Shown here: positions 1 to 14,519 of the stretch, one piece after another
Layout: each line of letters begins with the position of its first letter
How positions within the stretch are numbered: the stretch's first letter is position 1
NCBI GenBank assembly: GCA_964106915.2
Contig: OZ066918.1
Length of the DNA stretch: 64,000 nucleotides
DNA from: Podarcis gaigeae
Lineage: Eukaryota
Strand: one strand, 5' to 3'
The notes under the pieces: model-generated
What the model was told of the DNA's origin: nothing
Seen by the model: only the letters and a program-made list of their open reading frames with translations
Database searches by the model: none
Made by a program: the position numbers and the translations under genes

Positions 1-1440
1 CGACGCGCCTGCAGCTCGGGGAGCTGTCCCTTGCAGCACCATCCTCTTGGAGGCTCTTGCTGTGGAGCCGTCCATTGCAGCAGCGCCTTTCCCTGCGCCC
101 GTGCTGGGGTGCTGCCTGTTTTCCCATGTGCCCGAACCTTCCATCATCCCGCCCTCTCCCCTCCCAATTCCTTCTGTCCAGCCCTCAGCAGCAGCAGTGT
201 AGAGTCCCCTCTTTGGCTTGGGCGACCCCCTCCATGCCACGATTTGAAGGTGCTGTTCCTCTGAGAGCTCTGAGCCACTGGATTGCCCAGCTCTCTCCAT
301 TTTTAAGGGTGGGGGGGAGGTCTCCTGTAGCGATGCACTTTACGCCTTTCACATTTTCGGGGTGGCTGTGTAGCTGACATCTGCATAGACGTAGAAACGA
401 ATATACACACACACACACACTTATACAGACACACTTGCGCGCACACTTCTCTAAATATAACAGGTTCATCGTGTTTGCAGTCATGGCGTCTATATTCCAA
501 ACCGGCAACCATCCCGTAATACACAGTAGCTCCCCCCCTGAAATACAACACCAACCTGTAAAACCCCAGCCCGTTTGCAAAATACCAGCAAACCCAAAGC
601 CCAAAGCCAGCAGTGCTGAGTGGAAGACAGAGGTTCTGACATGGATGGACTATAACATAAAAGACAGTGATTGTTTTGCTGTCGAGAGACATTTTTGCTC
701 CATCTTTTTTGCATGAGCTTCCTGGTCTTGGTGCCACGTCTTGGTGCCACTAGTCATCCCACTATGGCACGCTTCTTTTTAACAGAAACTCCTCATATTT
801 GTATTTTTATATCTGAATATTTGTTAACAACAATCTGCTAATGTCTAATGTCAAAAACGTTGCATCAAAAGATTGTTTGTATTTTTTTCTTCCCCATAAA
901 GGCAAGACAGAAAAGGTTTTATAAGATGGATTTCCCCCTTGGAAGGCAGATATAGTGAAATAGTTGGCGCTCTTAATTATATATCAGTATTGGACAGGAC
1001 TTCTTGAATGTGTTTGAGGTTTTGCACACATCATCGTTAACAAGAAATGTATTTAAAGAGTCTTATACTGTGATCAATGGCTTTGTTGATGGACTTTGTA
1101 GGAACATGAAGAATTTAGAAAAAAAAATACTATTGCACTGTTTATGAATGTGTTCAGATAACTTGCTGGTTATTTGATGCCTCTTTATTAGAAGGGGATG
1201 TTCAGAGTTGTTTTTAATTTTGTACTTTAATTTATTTATTTTTTAAAATAAGCTTATTCTTGTCCGTTGTGCATGAGAAACCTTCATCTTTTCAATAATA
1301 TACGACATTTTATGAAGACAAGCAAAAAAACAAAAATTATTGTCATGACATTCTAAGAATGACCCATTGTAAATTTTAATGCCATTTTTCACTGTACTGG
1401 TGAACTAAACTTAATGAATAAATACATACATGTACTGAAA
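1..1440 (+). other. CAMK2N2: 3'UTR / terminal exon of an upstream plus-strand gene, probably CAMK2N2 (CDS outside window)
   Basis: GC-rich start grading into an AU-rich, repeat-free tract with U-rich elements and AATAAA at 1417-1422. Gene identity is inferred only from conserved order and orientation (CAMK2N2 lies antisense, downstream of EEF1AKMT4). Confidence 0.5.
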
Positions 1441-4400
1441 TAGAAGCAGCCAGTTCTGGGTATCTTCCTTGGCAAAGATTGTGCATGATCTACAAGCCAG
1501 CTTATATCAGACCAAAACCTGCCACTGCAACTTTACCACTGGCCAAGGGCTCAGATCCCTGTTAGAGAGGTTGTTTAAAAAGCAATTACTGTGTTCTCCT
1601 GAGGAATCCTATAGAAACCCTGCTGAGAACTTTGCTGGGCTGCAGACCTTGGAAAAAGGTACCACCTCTCTGTTTTTCTCTTGAGCAAGAGGCTTAGTGT
1701 GTATGAACTGTGTGGATAGACCCAGGCATTCAACTGTGCAGATATTTCAGCTATTGAAGCCTAAATCTCTGCAGTTGCCTGATTGGGATGTCGAGAACTA
1801 AATGACCTAGTTTTGCTTGATAGACAGAAATAGAAATTCAAGCAGCTGAGCAGCTTGTGGATGTTAAATATTTCAGCAGAGCCTCTCAAAGGAGCTGCCC
1901 TTTTTGCCTTTGGGAGAGGAAAAGGACTCTGTGGAGACAGAAGGTGGTGCAGAACTCTGCTAGGAGGCCAGTCCCAGAGGCATCTGCATTGTGCAGGGAG
2001 TCGATGCCCAACAAGACAATACTGCTGCATTTCTGTCTGTAGTCTCTATCAGGAAGGTGGGCTGACAGCAGCATAACAGAACCCGGTAGCCCAGGGAGCA
2101 GGGAGACATTATCATGATGGTTAGCAGGTCCTTGGGTAGTTTTGCTTTGGGACAGGTGGGATTTCATACCTTTGGAGCCATTCGTGAGATTATGGATCCA
2201 TTCCAAGCGGGAGGCCTTGAGAATGTCCTTATGAAATGTTTGCAGTGAGAAGGGACTCTAGGGAGAGACAGGCCTGCTTATTTCTCCTTCTGCTCACCCT
2301 GGGATTGATCTGGTCTCCATAAAAAACAAAACACATGCACACACAAAACTGAAAACAGTCTGATTTATTTAGTGTAACCTAGCTACTGTTTGGTTGGTTT
2401 GTTTTTGTCCGAAAATGCTCATGCTGCACACCTCCAGGCAGAAAGTTGCTGCCAATGCATCTGATAATGCAACACAGTGAGCCACTAAGCTCCATACATG
2501 CATTCGGGGAGGGAAAATACTGCTGTTGACCACACATGCCCATTCAGGGCCAGACCCAAGCACACACACATGCACACAAGGCAACACAAACCATTCAGCA
2601 CACAAATCAGTTGGTACATATACCAACACACACACATGCCCATATCTGGACAGCTGTGACATCGATGCAGGTACTGAGAACAACACAAAAGGTTACTGAT
2701 TCATAGTCAGAGTAAGTGTGCACATACGCTCCTGCAAACAAATGTGCAGCATTGCACACACAGCCATAGGCATCAACAGAGTCATGTGTGTGCATGCACA
2801 TACAACACCCCACAAGAAATCACAAACATAACACTCCTGTTTCTAATCAAGCTATATTTGCAGTCTCTGAACACCCCTACCATTGCAATTCCAAAAATAC
2901 TAGTGTATGTGTTTCAGACCCTGTGAAACATATGGCAGATAGGGTGGAGGAAATTATTTGTGACTACAGGAATTTTTTGTTTTAGTGGGGGGGGGGGCAT
3001 TGTGTGCTCCACGAGAGTGTGCCCCTGTCTTTCAGCCTCTGTGCCAATCTCTCTGTCATGCTGCAGTCTCTGCTGATGCTTTTCCTAATGCCTCGGGCTC
3101 TCTCATCCCCAGCTGGTATAGCACAGGGATGTGCTTTACAATCAGACATTTTTATTCACAGGCCAGTTTCCCCCTCCTGAATAGCAATATTTAATTAATC
3201 ACATTGCCTGGCACCCGAGATCCCCAGACAGTCACCACTGAACACCTCTTCCTAGGAGTTCTAATGACTAAAGCAAGCAGCTATCACCAGCAGCAAAAAG
3301 ATGTAATACTTCTAACACTCAGGATCCCACTTACTTCTCCTCACAATGCATAATTAGCAGGTAGAATTCACTAGCATGAGATCTAGCGAAGGCATCGTGA
3401 AACAGTAGCATTAAGAGGACTGATCTAATGACAAAATTCAATGAGATTGTAATGATGGTTAAGAACTGTGCTGCTTGTTTTCAGCAAAACAAGCAGCTAC
3501 AAAAAACTCACTTCCTCCATTCAGGGACTATAGATCTGTGTTAACCATCTGTCTTCCTTGAGTCTTCATAACAGCTGTTTAGATACTTGGAAGTGTGCTT
3601 GTGGACAATCACAGTCACCCTTCACTAATCTTGGTGGGTCATCAGCTGATAAATCCTAGTAGAATTCTTATACTGGGAGCAGGACTTTGAAAGCTACATA
3701 TTTACTATGTTTCCCTTGAGGAAATTAACATCGCTGCCTACTTCAGTATGGGAAATCACATAATTTGTGAGGCCATCCACCTCTGCCAAGTGTGGACCTC
3801 ATCATGTGTTCCTGAGGCTTTGTTTGGGCTGTCTCTGTGGTGAAAGGAGGCTGTAGATGCAGAACTTGGATTTTGGGGTTTCACAGCTGCTGCTGCTTCA
3901 TGATGAAAAGAAAAATGGGGAGCCTGAAGCCTCCAGATGTTGCTGGACTCTAACTCCCATCAGCATGATGAATGGTCAGGGATGATGGGAACTGTAGTCC
4001 AACAATGACAGGAAGGTCACACGTTCCATGCCCCTGATCTAAAACCTGAAAAGTATAGAATAAGCAACTTCTAGTAACTAATGAGGGTGAACGCTTGTCC
4101 TGACAGTCAAAGAAGCAAGAGGGTAATGTGTGTATGCTTTCTCTTCTCTTCTCACTTCACCAAGGCCAGCCCTACTGTCGGGCAAAGTGAGGCAGCTGCC
4201 TCAGACAGCAGATGATGGCAGTGGTGGTGAGAGCAAGATGTTGGAGAAATGCTGGTGAGCAGAATTTCATGTGCCAGGAAAACTGCCCTTCACCTGCTAA
4301 GCCAACCCACTCCCCTCAGTGACAAGGGAGGGTGCTGCCCCATCACCAATATGGAAGTTTGGTTCAACTGGTAGCCCAATCAATTTTTATATGTGTCAAG

Positions 4401-6031
4401 GGAAGGGCACCATCATGTTGTTCACCTCAAGCAGTTCATCTTGGGCAGGCGGGCTTCTTCTTCTTCTTCTTACTTTGAAAACTTTTCTTTTTATTATGAA
4501 GTGTAAATCTGTACATTGTGCAACTATAAAAAGGGCTTTCTTCTTTTTCTGCTCCTCCTCCCAAATACCAGTTACTTGTACATGTTTTCTTTTAAATGGA
4601 TTCTGCTTCGCCTCACATCCGTAAGCCTTCTAATACTGCAAGACACACCATGGATTTGCAGATTTGTATCCCCCCCCCCCCCGCTTTAATAAGGAGCTGA
4701 TAGCAGCTCTACCAAAGTATAAGGAGGTTAGATAACCTCTGTGGTTGTTGATTTACTTTTGAAGTTCTGTTAGTCACCCATCACAGGCCGCTGCTGAGTT
4801 TGAAGGGAAAAGAGACCTTTCCAAGATCAGCAGCCCATCTTTTGACAGATCGATGGTAGTGGAGATGGCTTTCTAATAAGGATTAGATAAACCAAAGGGA
4901 GGATAGACCCTATCAACAGCTATTAGCCAGCTGAACTAAATGGAACCTTCAGGTCCAGCGATAATATCCCCTTGAATACAGATCCTGGAGACAAGAGATA
5001 AGAATCAACCTCCGCACCTTGCTTAGGAGTGCCAAGATGTCTCCCTGGCCATTGCTGAGAACAGAGTGGACCTTGGGCTGAGCCGTTATAATGCTATTCT
5101 TCCCTTCCAAAGGCACCAGTTGGTTAGACATATAAATAAGTACTTAGCCTTCCTGTATAGGACATTTGAAGCAATGAATGTTCTTCACATGCATGATCTC
5201 TGTAATTTTTACAGCAGCCTTGTAGAGGAGGCCAATATAAGAGCCCCCATGTGAACCTATTGCCTTGGATGGCTTTAGACCACTGGTCCATTGAGCACAC
5301 ATGGGGAGCCCTGTAGGGCCTTTGGGGTGCCTCAGTGCAGGAGTGCTCAAGCTGCCCTCTGCCACCAGAGGTTGCTGAGTGTGTGCTCCACCAACCCTCA
5401 CAACTGTGATATGGAAGATGGTGTGAGGGAGGGTCCTTGCATCCTCCCCAAGCCCACCAAACAACTGTTGGGCAGGCTAGAGAGCATGCACCATACGGGT
5501 CCTCCAGATGACCTGCTTATTCAGATTTCCTTGCACAAAGCTTATGTCTGGTCCTCACTGAACATTCATTCTGCTTTGTTTGTGGGGCAGTTCTATGGCT
5601 ATGAAGCATTCACCCTGATTGTCCAGGGTGTGTATGTCTGCAGGTCTTTCATTTCTCCCACACCTTTAGGTGCATTTCTTCATCACTTTCCAAAGCATAA
5701 AAAGTGGTTTTAATTTCATGCAGCGGGATGGCAGAAAGCTTCAATCCACTTTAAGTGTGCAAACCTGAAGTTCTGCTATGTGCTTGAATCCTTCCTGCAA
5801 AGAGGCAACCTTGTATGCTGGAGGATGGTGTGTGAGGAGGGTTAACTCCTTCCTCCCCATGCACATCTGCCTCATGAGCTTGTATCTAAGAAAAAGTGTG
5901 TGTGCGCGTGTGAATGGCCTCACCCCAACCACCAGTCTAGGTCATATGGGTTCCACTCACCCACTGGCATACGGCCTCCAATTGCCATCAGAAGTAATAA
6001 GGTTCCCCTTTTCTGAACTAGCAGAAGATAA

Positions 6032-6130
6032 GAGTCATAGAATTGTAGGAAGGGACCCTGAGAGGCATCTAGTCCAACCCCCTGCAATGCAGGATCCTGC
6101 CCAAAGCCATCCCTGGGTGGGCTCGAACCA
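6032..6130 (-). mobile_element. Truncated SINE-like chimera: tRNA-Asn 3' fragment joined to a CR1-type 3' tail
   Basis: 6108-6130 catccctgggtgggctcgaacca is the reverse complement of the tRNA-Asn T-arm/acceptor end. The adjacent ctagtccaaccccctgcaatgcagga is the CR1 tail also seen at 43945-43980. Confidence 0.55.
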
Positions 6131-9100
6131 TCGCCACCATCTGGAAACACCGGGGATTAAACTAGAAGTCTTCTGACATGCAAAACATGTGCTCTGCCAC
6201 TGAGCTATGGACCTTCCATAAAACTTTAGGCATTGCCACATTATACATACAGGAGTAGTGAGTGTGGGCTTGAGAGAAAATAGGGTTGGTATAAGGTCAC
6301 CCCATGCTGCTTCTGGTGAGAATTGAAATGGGGATGCCCTGAGCTGGCATTCCAAGACACTAGGACACACCATTGTGCATATCACATCTTTAAGCTTGAA
6401 ATCCAAAGCCAACCAGATTCCCTGCATGGAGTTTGCTGCCTGAAACCCAAGTAGCCACTTCCAGGAATAGAAGAGGGGAACTGAGACGTTGAATGAACAG
6501 AGAATAGATCAGTAGACACTCTATTTAGAAGGTGAGACACCCCCCACCCCTCATCTATAAATTGTTAACAGGTCGTAGGCCCTAGGTTTAAGAGCAGAGA
6601 GGTGCAATGGCTCCCAATATATATGTGTGGGTATCAATACCAGGGCTGGATTAACCATTAAGCAAAATAAGCACACACTTAGGGCATCAAGGGAAGGGGG
6701 ACACCACAGAAATTTTTCCATTGCCTGATTTTTAACATTAATGGTCACAGATTGCTCAGCTGCGCGTTCATTTTCTCAGTGGAAGTATATTAAAAATCCC
6801 AACAGAACAACTATGCAACAATGCAGGCTGGATTCCTTATCTCTACTAAGTATAGAAGCAGAGGTGTTATTTAAGATTAGTTTTGAGGATCTGATCAAAG
6901 ACTTTGCCGTTAGAAAAAGTAGGATCTGAACCCCCCCCCCCAATATAAATAAAGTGGAAGTATACAAAAATTAGTGTTATTTTCCATCTTATTGTAAGTC
7001 TTGTTTCATTTCAAAAAAATAAAAGTTAGTTTATGGTTTATTATTATTTTGAATTAGATATATATGGGGGCACCAAAATCTTTTAAGTACCGGTACTTAG
7101 GCCTCTAAAGGTCTCAATGAATGAAGGCCCTGACGAATATGATGCTCTAGAACTCATGATTCCATTGGAAAATATAAATGTGAAAGATCTAAGGCACCTG
7201 TAAGTGAAGTATTGTATCTGAAAGGAGTTCCCAATGGTGGTGAGTGGAACTTGACCAAGCAGGACACCTCCCACCCCACTAGAGAAAGGATGCAGGACCT
7301 TGTAGACCTTCAGGTGTTAGTGGACTCCAGCTCCTATCAGACGCTGCCATCCAGGCCATTGATCAGGGATATTGGGAACTGTAGCCACAGGTCCCCTCTC
7401 CCTGTTCTAGAGTTGTGCCCTTCTCCAAAACTAGAGAAGCACAGAAGCTACAAATATTGATTGTGCAGTCAGTCCTTGATGCACCTTGAACCATGGAAGC
7501 TCTCTACCAAACGATCTCAACTTCATAATGTGTTGGACAGTTTCAGTGAGGAAAGTACAGCTGAGAGAGAGAGGTCCTCCTCAACCTGGGCTTAAAAGTC
7601 CCCATTTAGCCTAGACCCACTGTGTAGCCAAACACGGGTCACTTGCTCTCAGCCCCAGGGCCCTGTCATTAAGCTTGCACCCAGCAAAAATGCTATCGAC
7701 CTACTAGGTGAAAACATTCGTCTTCAGCCAGGCCTTTGGCTGTTAAACAGTCTATGGCCTTTTAAATGTGTCTCTTTGTGTGTGGCAGGGGGTATTTTTT
7801 ATCATTATTGTTATGTGATGTATTTGTGCTTTTATGTTGCGAACCACCCTTTGGATGGAAGGCAGTATATAAATTTAATTGATTGATTAGTTTAGAAATG
7901 CAGATTGTACACACATTGATGCAACACCCGCCCGCCCCCCACAACCTACTGGTGGTATTCGGCTAAACAGTTGCTCTTGCGCAAACACTTCTTGTTGTGA
8001 AATAAAACTTCCTCTTCCTCTCCTTTCCTCTCCCTGTGCACTCCACCCCCTAAAACACATTAGGTTTTTTGGGTTTTTTACCCCAGCCCTCCAGAGCATG
8101 TTTAGGGGACTCACAGGGGGCATATAGGGAGAGGAGGAGAATTTATGTTCTGTAGCCAAAGGTTTCTAGCAAAAATGCTTAGCTGGATATTGCCCTAGTT
8201 ATTTATTTTTTTCAAGATTAAAGATTACAGAACCTTTAGGGCAAGCCTTTATGTCGCAGCTGTTGGCGCATCTCAGTGTACCTGCTGCTGCATTTTACCT
8301 CTCATGAACAGCAATCCAAATTCTAAACAGTGGTTAGTTAAGGTAAATTAATCTATCCCCCCTCCCCTACATGTTTTAGCACAAGGCAAAACGGTACCCC
8401 TTTTGGCTGGCCCAAAACTCGGCAGAAAAGTTATCAACAGGGACTGACTGTGGGTATCATATCACAACAGGGTTTTCCGGTCACCAACACAAGTCCATTT
8501 CTGGGCCCAATTCAAAATGTGGATTTTTATTTTAATCTATGAAGCTTTAGATATCTTAAGGCAGAACTTAGATGAACTGTGGACCTCACAATAATGCATC
8601 TGAATAGCAGTTGCTGGAAACCGCAGGAAGGTAGAGTTGCTCTTGTGCTAGAATCCTGCTCGAGGGTTTCCCACAGGCATCTGGTTGGCCACTGTGAGAA
8701 CAGGATGCTGACCTAGTTGGGCTGATCCAGTAGGAATGTTTCCCACAGCACCACCTCCTCTTGCAAGAGCTGCTCAAACCCTAGGTCATCTCAAAGGCCC
8801 TTCTCTGGATGCACTTGCCAAATAAGGAAGCCATTAGAAAGAGAGCATTATTTTCAAGTGTGGTGCCCCAAGTTATGGAATGGGTTTGATGCATTTATTA
8901 AATTTGTTTTCATCATCATCCTCTGATTAATGTACCATTAATTTTTATTGACACAGGGGAAGGAAGTTTTTCTTTACATTCCTGAATAGCTTCCTCTGAA
9001 AAATATTAAAGTCGTTTAACAATAAAAAATATAACAATTAAAAAACATAAACCTGCAAAAACATAGATTTAATGCCGTATATTTAAAGACCAATTAAAAC

Positions 9101-10532
9101 AATGCTACCTCTCTCTATATAAAAATCATTCCAGATCCAATACAGATAACAGATTGGGATAAAAATCTCCACCTAAAAGGCTCGTTGGGTTAGCTTTTCT
9201 TTGGTTTTAAAAAAATATGGTTTGCTGGTGGTGGTTTCTCTCTCTCTCGCCTCTTCCTTTCTTTTCCGTTCTGATCATTGCTTTGCCACTCGCATTTCTA
9301 AAACTGCTGTGCCTTCGAAGTTGCATTGTTCAGTGCCCAGAGAGCCTTAGTTGTTGGGCAGGACATAAATCCTGGTAGGAAATATGCACATTATAGGCAG
9401 AAGGAAAGGTCTTGTGCACTTAACAATTTCCCCCTTGCACATGCCCTGGGATAAATTGGGGTAATAGTGAGGGTTACAGCTGCTCCCGTTTATCCCAGGG
9501 CATGTACTGGGGGTGGGGGAGAGGGATAAAGCGCACATGACCTTTCCATCTCCTCCTCTCCCTCTCCCCACCCTGGGACCATGGAAGCTTTCTTCACAAC
9601 TCAGTGCATTTCTAAAACAGCCTCTTTCCATCTGGGAGGCAGCGAGTCAAAGCAGGACAAAGAAGCAAAAGCCAGGAGAATAAGCTACTCCATCCCTCTG
9701 GGAAGATGCTGCAGAATGCTGAGGATGGAGCTCAAGACCCAGGCACAGTCTCAAAAGCAAACACAACACACACACACAAACAAACACAGGAACCCACACC
9801 TGTCTCCCCAATCTAGCTCTGTTAATAGATCACCCGTCAGGACTTCCATCGCACAAGCAAGCAGCAATAGATGGTATTGACTTGGCTGTGGCTTCCGGCA
9901 GTTTCCATGGAATATCCTGAATGTTTGCCCGGGTTCCCCGTTGCGCTTGGAGTGGAAGTAATGTGGCCTAGGCCACGTTTCACACAAAGCCAGCGGAGAG
10001 GGAGAATCTTTCATGTAGCACACCCTCAAAAGAGTGTTGCAAGCAAGCAGAGGAAGGATGGAAATGGCGGGGTTAACAGCAGGGGAAGCTTCTCTCCAGC
10101 GGCGAGAAATATTCCCAGCAGCGATGTAGCATTTGCCCTTCATGGCTTTCCGACTCTCACTAGACCAGCTGCTCTGTTCCGCCTCAGCTGCTAAACAAGT
10201 CCTGGGCAGGCGAGGCCCAAGGCTTGCATTTAGCCAGGATTCGGCCCCAGAATTTGCTTTTTGCTGGTAGACCGTAGCCTTGGAAGACATGATGAGGCAA
10301 GGGTAGAGGCAAGCAGAACTCTGAGCATATGCAAAGTGCAACCGCCCTCGCCACTGAACGTGATTGTTGCCAGTCTGCACACATCTGGACTCAAGGGTAC
10401 AGAGGACCCAGGTCCAATTACTGTCACTGCCAGGTGAGGCTTGGAAAGTCCCCTGCCTGAATCACTGGGAAGCCACTTCTGGTCATTGCAGACAATACTG
10501 AGCTAAATAAGCTAACGAAATGGCTCAGTATA

Positions 10533-13385
10533 TATATATATTTTTTTCAAAATTTTTATTAGGTTTTTTTAATAAAAGAGATACAAAAATGAAAAACAGC
10601 ATTGTTTGTGTCTTTACAAAATTTCATAACATCTTTGGACTTCCTCGCGTGATCCGCTCGCACTTACATTGTTCATAAAATTTTTCAAGCAAATTACCAT
10701 CTTATTTGTAATCTTATAACCAATCATTACAATATAGTCTATTAATACTCATCTAATTTAGTGATGGCCAATTGTTTATAATCAAGCATCCTTCTTAGCA
10801 TTCCATCAAATTACAATAATTTTGTAAATAAATCTTAAATTTCTTCCAGTCTTCTTCAATCCTTTCTTCTCCCAGGTCTCGAATTCTGCCAGTCATTTCC
10901 GCCAGCTGCATATAGTCCATCAGCTGCATCTGCCATTCTTCCAGCGTGGGTAGATCTTGAGTTTTCCAGTTCTTTGCGATGAGTATCCTTGCTGCCGTTG
11001 TTGCATACATAAAGAAAGTTCTGTCCTTCTTTGACACCTTCTGGCCGACAATACCCAGAAGGAAGGCCTCTGGTTTCTTAGTGAAAGTATACTTAAATAC
11101 CTTTTTCAGTTCATTATATATCATTTCCCAGAAGGCCTTCACTTTAGGGCAAGTCCACCAGAGGTGAAAGAATGTTCCTTCATTTTCTTTACATTTCCAA
11201 CATTTATTGTCAGACGAGTGGTATATTTTGGCAAGCTTAACTGGGGTCATGTACCATCTGTATATCATTTTCATTATATTTTCTTTCAAAGCATTACATG
11301 CAGTAAAGTTTAGCCCAGTGGTCCACAACCTTTCCCATTCCTCAAACATAATGTTATGCCCAATGTCCTGTGCCCACTTTATCATAGCCGATTTAACCAT
11401 TCCGTCTTGTGTGTTCCATTTCAACAGCAAGTTATACATTCTTGAAAGTACCTTAGTCTTAGGTTCTAACAGTTCAGTTTCCAACTTCGATTTCTCCACC
11501 TGGAACCCTAGCTTTTTGTCATTTTTAAAAACTTCTTTAATCTGAGCGTAATGTAACCAGTCTCGCACTTTATCCTTCATTTTTTCCATACTCTGCAATT
11601 TCCAGTTATTTCCATCTTTTTCTAATATTTCCCAATATTTTGGCCAATTGGCTTCCATATTGGGTCTTTTTCAGGCCTTAGCTTCCAGAGGTGAAAGCCA
11701 CCTTGGGGTTTTATTTTCCAATAAGTCTTTATATTTTGTCCAGACATTAAACACTGCTTTTCTGACAATATGGTTCTTAAAGGCCTTATTGATCTTAACT
11801 TTGTCATACCATAAGTATGCATGCCAACCAAAATTATTATTAAACCCTTCCAGATCCAACACATCAGTGTCTTCGAGAAGTAGCCAGTCTTTTAGCCAGC
11901 AGAAAGCTGCGGCCTCATAATACAACCTTAAGTCTGGCAGGGCAAAGCCCCCTCTTTCCTTTGCGTCAGTCAGTATCTTAAACTTAATTCTGGGCTTTTT
12001 GCCCTGCCAGACAAATTTAGAAATATCTCTCTGCCACTTCCGGAAGCATTCCGTCTTGTCTATAATCTGTAGTGTTTGAAACAAAAACAACATTTTTGGC
12101 AATACATTCATCTTAATAGCAGCAATTCGGCCTAACAAAGAAAGCTTCAATTTTGTCCAACTGTCCAAGTCTCTCTTAATTTCAGACCAGCATTTTTCAT
12201 AATTTTCCTTAAATAGACTCAGATTTTTTGCTGTTATGTTCACCCCTAGGTACTTTACCTTTTTCACCAATGATAATTCTGTTTCTCTCTGAAACTGTTC
12301 TGATTCAATATCTGTCAAATTTTTCCCCAACACCTTAGTTTTCTGTTTGTTTAACTTAAATCCCGCCACCCGACCAAAATTGTCAATCAATTGTAAAACT
12401 CTTTTCGTACTAGATTCCGGCTCCTGCAGTGTCAAAACTAGGTCATCTGCAAAAGCTTTAAGTTTATATTGTTTCGCTCCGACCTGGATCCCTTGCACCA
12501 ACCGGTCCCCTCTGATCAAGTTTAAGAGCACCTCCAGGACTGAGATAAATAACAAAGGGGAAATCGGGCAGCCTTGTCGTGTTCCTTTTTCAATTTTGAA
12601 CTCTTCTGTTACCACATTATTAACAATCAATTTTGCTTTTTGTTCTGAATATATTGCGTCAATCCCATTTTCAAAACCCCTCCCCACTCCCATTTCTTTT
12701 AAATTTCCCTTCATAAATTTCCAAGAGATGTTGTCAAAGGCCTTCTCCGCATCTATAAAAATTAGCACTGCTTTAGTGTTTATGTCAGTTTGCAAAAGTT
12801 CCAGGACATCAATAATGTTCCTTGTGTTAGCAAACATGTGTCTGCCTGGGAGAAAGCCTGCCTGGTCTTTATGAATTACTTGACTTAAAACTCTTTTAAG
12901 TCTGTTTGCCAAAACATCAGCAAATATTTTGTAATCCACATTTAAAAGGGAGATGGGGCGGTAGTTCTTGAGCTGTGTCTTTTCAGTTTCTGATTTTGAT
13001 ATCAATGTGATGAACGCTTCTTTCCATGATTCTGGCGCCTTCTTTCCCTCCATAATTTCATTGCTGACCTCCAGCAGTGGTTGGATCAAATAATCACTTA
13101 ATGTCTTATAGTACTTGGAGGTCAAGCCGTCTGGCCCTGGAGATTTGCCCAATTTCAAGTTCTGAATGGCATGTTCAATCTCTTGTCGTGTTATTTTGCT
13201 GTTCAGGAGTAGTCTATTTTCTTGTGACAATTTTTTCAATCCGTTTTTCCTCAAAAATTGTTCAATCTCAACTTCATTCTGCGGCCCTTGAGTATATAAT
13301 TTTTTAAAATATTTTTGAAAACACTTTCTAATCTCCACGGGGTTCTGTATACTTCTTCCTTCAATTTCCAAATTTGTTACTATGT
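10533..13385 (-). mobile_element. 5'-truncated L1-clade LINE (ORF2 RT domain, C-terminal Cys-rich domain, 3'UTR, A/TA tail)
   Basis: ORFs 11671-13551 and 10795-11658 are in frame, separated by one TGA. RT motifs: KSPGPDG, NYRPISLLN, DAEKAFD, RQGCPISP, FADD, KYLG; CWKC..H..WWTC knuckle. 16-bp TSD gaaatggctcagtata at 10517-10532 and 13386-13401. Confidence 0.95.
10795..13380 (-). pseudogene. L1 ORF2 reverse transcriptase fragment with one in-frame stop at 11671-11673
   Basis: Translation ...WLSPLEAKA*KRPNMEANWPKYW... continues in frame. The endonuclease domain is missing because of the 5' truncation. Confidence 0.9.
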
Positions 13386-14519
13386 GAAATGGCTCAGTAT
13401 AAAGCAGTTTCCTATATTTCACCTCACCCATGCCCTGCCTGCCAATAGAAAAGTAGCAAGTTGAAACTAGCAAGCTCTGGATTAGCTTTTCCCCAAAATA
13501 TGCTAGTTTTCTAGGTGCAGGGACCTGTGTTTTGAAGGAACATTCCAACAAAGCCCCTTCCTCTTCTGCAGGTGACGCAGTACAAAACAGCTACACCTTG
13601 TTCTCCTGCTGCGGGCACTGAACGGCTCTAAAGGGCTGTAGCACAAACCCCAGACCTGATGCACATTTTATTCAGCTTGTGATGAAGTTGACTGTCCTGA
13701 ATCACAGCATCTCTGGGGGTTTGGTTTGTGATCAACGATCACTCCGGACCGTAGTGTCATTAAATAAGCCAAGTCTTCATCGTGTGCCGGGATGGTAGTA
13801 ACACTTTCTCAGGGTCCTGACACACATCTCCAAACGTTCTCGAAAGGATCTGACAGAACATGGTTCTGTACTTACAAATGAAGCTCCCTCAGCTTGCTGT
13901 CACCTCAGTGATGCTCTGCTATGGCTGTGAGCCTCCCAGTGCAGAAGGCAGAAAAATGCTTGGAAGTGCATGAACTGCTGAGCAGCCACCATCACCTGCC
14001 ACAAACGTGTCTCTTCTCCCCAACACATCATAAACAGACGCCCTTTCCCCCCTCCTTCCCTGAACATCCAAGCTGAGGAACCATTCTGTGTAACTCCAAA
14101 GGTTGCCTGCAACCAACCTTTATGGGAGGAGTTAAACACAAGAGTCCTTTATTTGTTTGTTGCATTTATACACCACTTATTTTCTCCAAGGAACTCATAT
14201 TGGCATGCATGGTTCTCCCCTTCCTCATTTAATCCCCACAACAATCCTGTGAGGTAGGCTAGGCTGAGAGACTGTGACTGGCCCAAGGTCACCCAGTGAG
14301 CCTCATGGCTGAGTGGAAGACAGGCATCAGATTATCTGCAGGGAGATTACTATACTCCAGTAAATTGCATGGACTGCCTATGGGTGGCAAATGACAGCTA
14401 GAGAAGCCAGTTTTGTAAATTAACACATGCAAGTTACTAGCCTGCAGGGATTGTTGTTGAAATATATATTAAAAATAAATGTCCAGTAGCACCTTAGAGA
14501 TCAACTAAGTTTGTTCTTG

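Noticed and set aside
1-400. CAMK2N2 or ECE2 coding exons
   Set aside because: No KRPPKLGQIGR/VVIEDD or neprilysin-family sequence found; the coding parts lie outside the window.
9751-10380. 209-aa minus-strand ORF
   Set aside because: No domain or splice support; runs into a CA-rich simple repeat.
13386-13551. N-terminal part of the 626-aa ORF as L1 coding sequence
   Set aside because: Lies outside the TSD-defined insertion; a chance open frame in flanking DNA.
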